NCBI GenBank assembly: GCA_024704765.1
Contig: JAKMXF010000210.1
Coordinates: 62,001 to 126,000, forward strand
Direction of reading: 5' to 3'
Length of the DNA: 64,000 nucleotides
From: Oopsacas minuta
Taxonomy: Eukaryota; Animalia; Porifera
Of this stretch, positions 63,202 to 64,000 are shown piece by piece. The position numbers and the translations under genes were made by a program. The notes beneath the pieces are model-generated. The model was not told the origin of the DNA, did not search any database, and saw nothing but the letters and a program-made list of their open reading frames with translations. Each line of letters starts with the position of its first letter. Within the stretch, counting starts at the first letter, position 1.

Positions 63202-64000
63202 TTATGAATTATTATCGTAATAACTGTATTCTCCGAGGAGATCTTCTACATTAGTTCTTGCCTCTTTGAACTCCATCTCATCCATACCCTCACTCTTATA
63301 ACTGTGTAAGTATGCTTTCCGTTTGAATAGTTTATCAAACTGAGATAAAATCCCTTTCAAAAGGCTTTTTATTGCTGTTGTATTGGTAATATAGGTAGCA
63401 GATAATTCTGTTTTTAGCTGTTACGCCACAAACAACTGAGTGAATACTGCTTGATTTTATGAATTGTTTCCTGTTGTCTGATTTCACTGTAGCCACGAGT
63501 TCTTCCATTTCCTGAACTGCAATTCTACCACGGACTATATTCACTAAAGATATATTCTTGCTCTTTACCATAGGATTACACGTAGCCAAATAGTGTTGTG
63601 GATTCAACATGCCATTAGCTAGTTCTGACATTGATACGATGGGATTAACCATACTGTTGGGAATTGTAAATGATGATAAGCCTGTTAGAAAGAAACTGAG
63701 GTGTGGATAAGGTTTCAAGCTAGTCCCTAACTTTATAAAATCTTGATTATTTTGACCATGGAATCTTAGACCAGCTGTTACACCTGTCATTACACGTGTA
63801 ATAATATTATTCGTTAATTCATAAGTAGGATTCTCTAATTTGAGAAATTGATCACAGATATTATTCAAGGCATTATTATCGAATAAATACGTATGATCAA
63901 TATTCTCAATTAGAGAGTGTAGTGAGAGAATAGCGTTATAGGGCTCTACTACAATATCTGATACTTTAGGATGAGGTGTATGTGTAAACGACGTGGTTAC
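63202..64000 (-). pseudogene. Divergent beta-tubulin-like gene (5' part outside the window) with a 1-nt frameshift at the T5 run 63411-63415; pseudogene or sequence error
   Basis: PHPKVSDIVVEPYNAILSLHSLIEN, DNNAL, PTY, LRFHGQNNQDFIKL; after removing one A the frame continues ELSATYITNTTAI...FKRKAYLHSYKSEGMDEMEFKEA...EYSYYDNNS*. Confidence 0.8.

Noticed and set aside
1-64000. CRISPR arrays, rRNA, intact transposases, bacterial operons
   Set aside because: None seen; the repeats present are microsatellites, MITE termini or one foldback.

Overview
AT-rich, gene-dense eukaryotic (animal) genomic DNA with spliceosomal GT-AG introns; no prokaryotic features. The gene set (DOCK-C, AP-1/2 beta, IKK-like kinases, TRAF, SRCR receptor, Reeler and orphan 7TM proteins), the very short introns, the many intronless genes and the frequent nested genes suggest a compact sponge genome, possibly hexactinellid (inference, not verified). 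I can support about 30 protein-coding loci (about 25 on the + strand), one tRNA-Pro(AGG), several MITEs, a long foldback repeat, a LINE relic and microsatellites. By manual splicing I reconstructed NDUFS2 (3 exons), a CTD small phosphatase (8 exons), NOC3L (4), WDR1 (5) and a coiled-coil/LRR gene (3). Most notable: (1) repeated gene nesting, including a same-strand Reeler gene inside CTDSP intron 1; (2) an IKK-like kinase paired with an HRD->HRN pseudokinase paralog; (3) a thioredoxin-like/helix-extension-helix/PINK1-like pseudokinase fusion; (4) a mini CNC/Maf-like bZIP lacking its DNA-contact residues; (5) a very divergent beta-tubulin with a 1-nt frameshift and no acidic tail; (6) a roughly 41 kb operon-like run of co-oriented genes. 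A perfect Tn5/Nextera mosaic end at 54644-54662 warns of assembly artefacts. All family assignments come from recalled motifs, not database searches.
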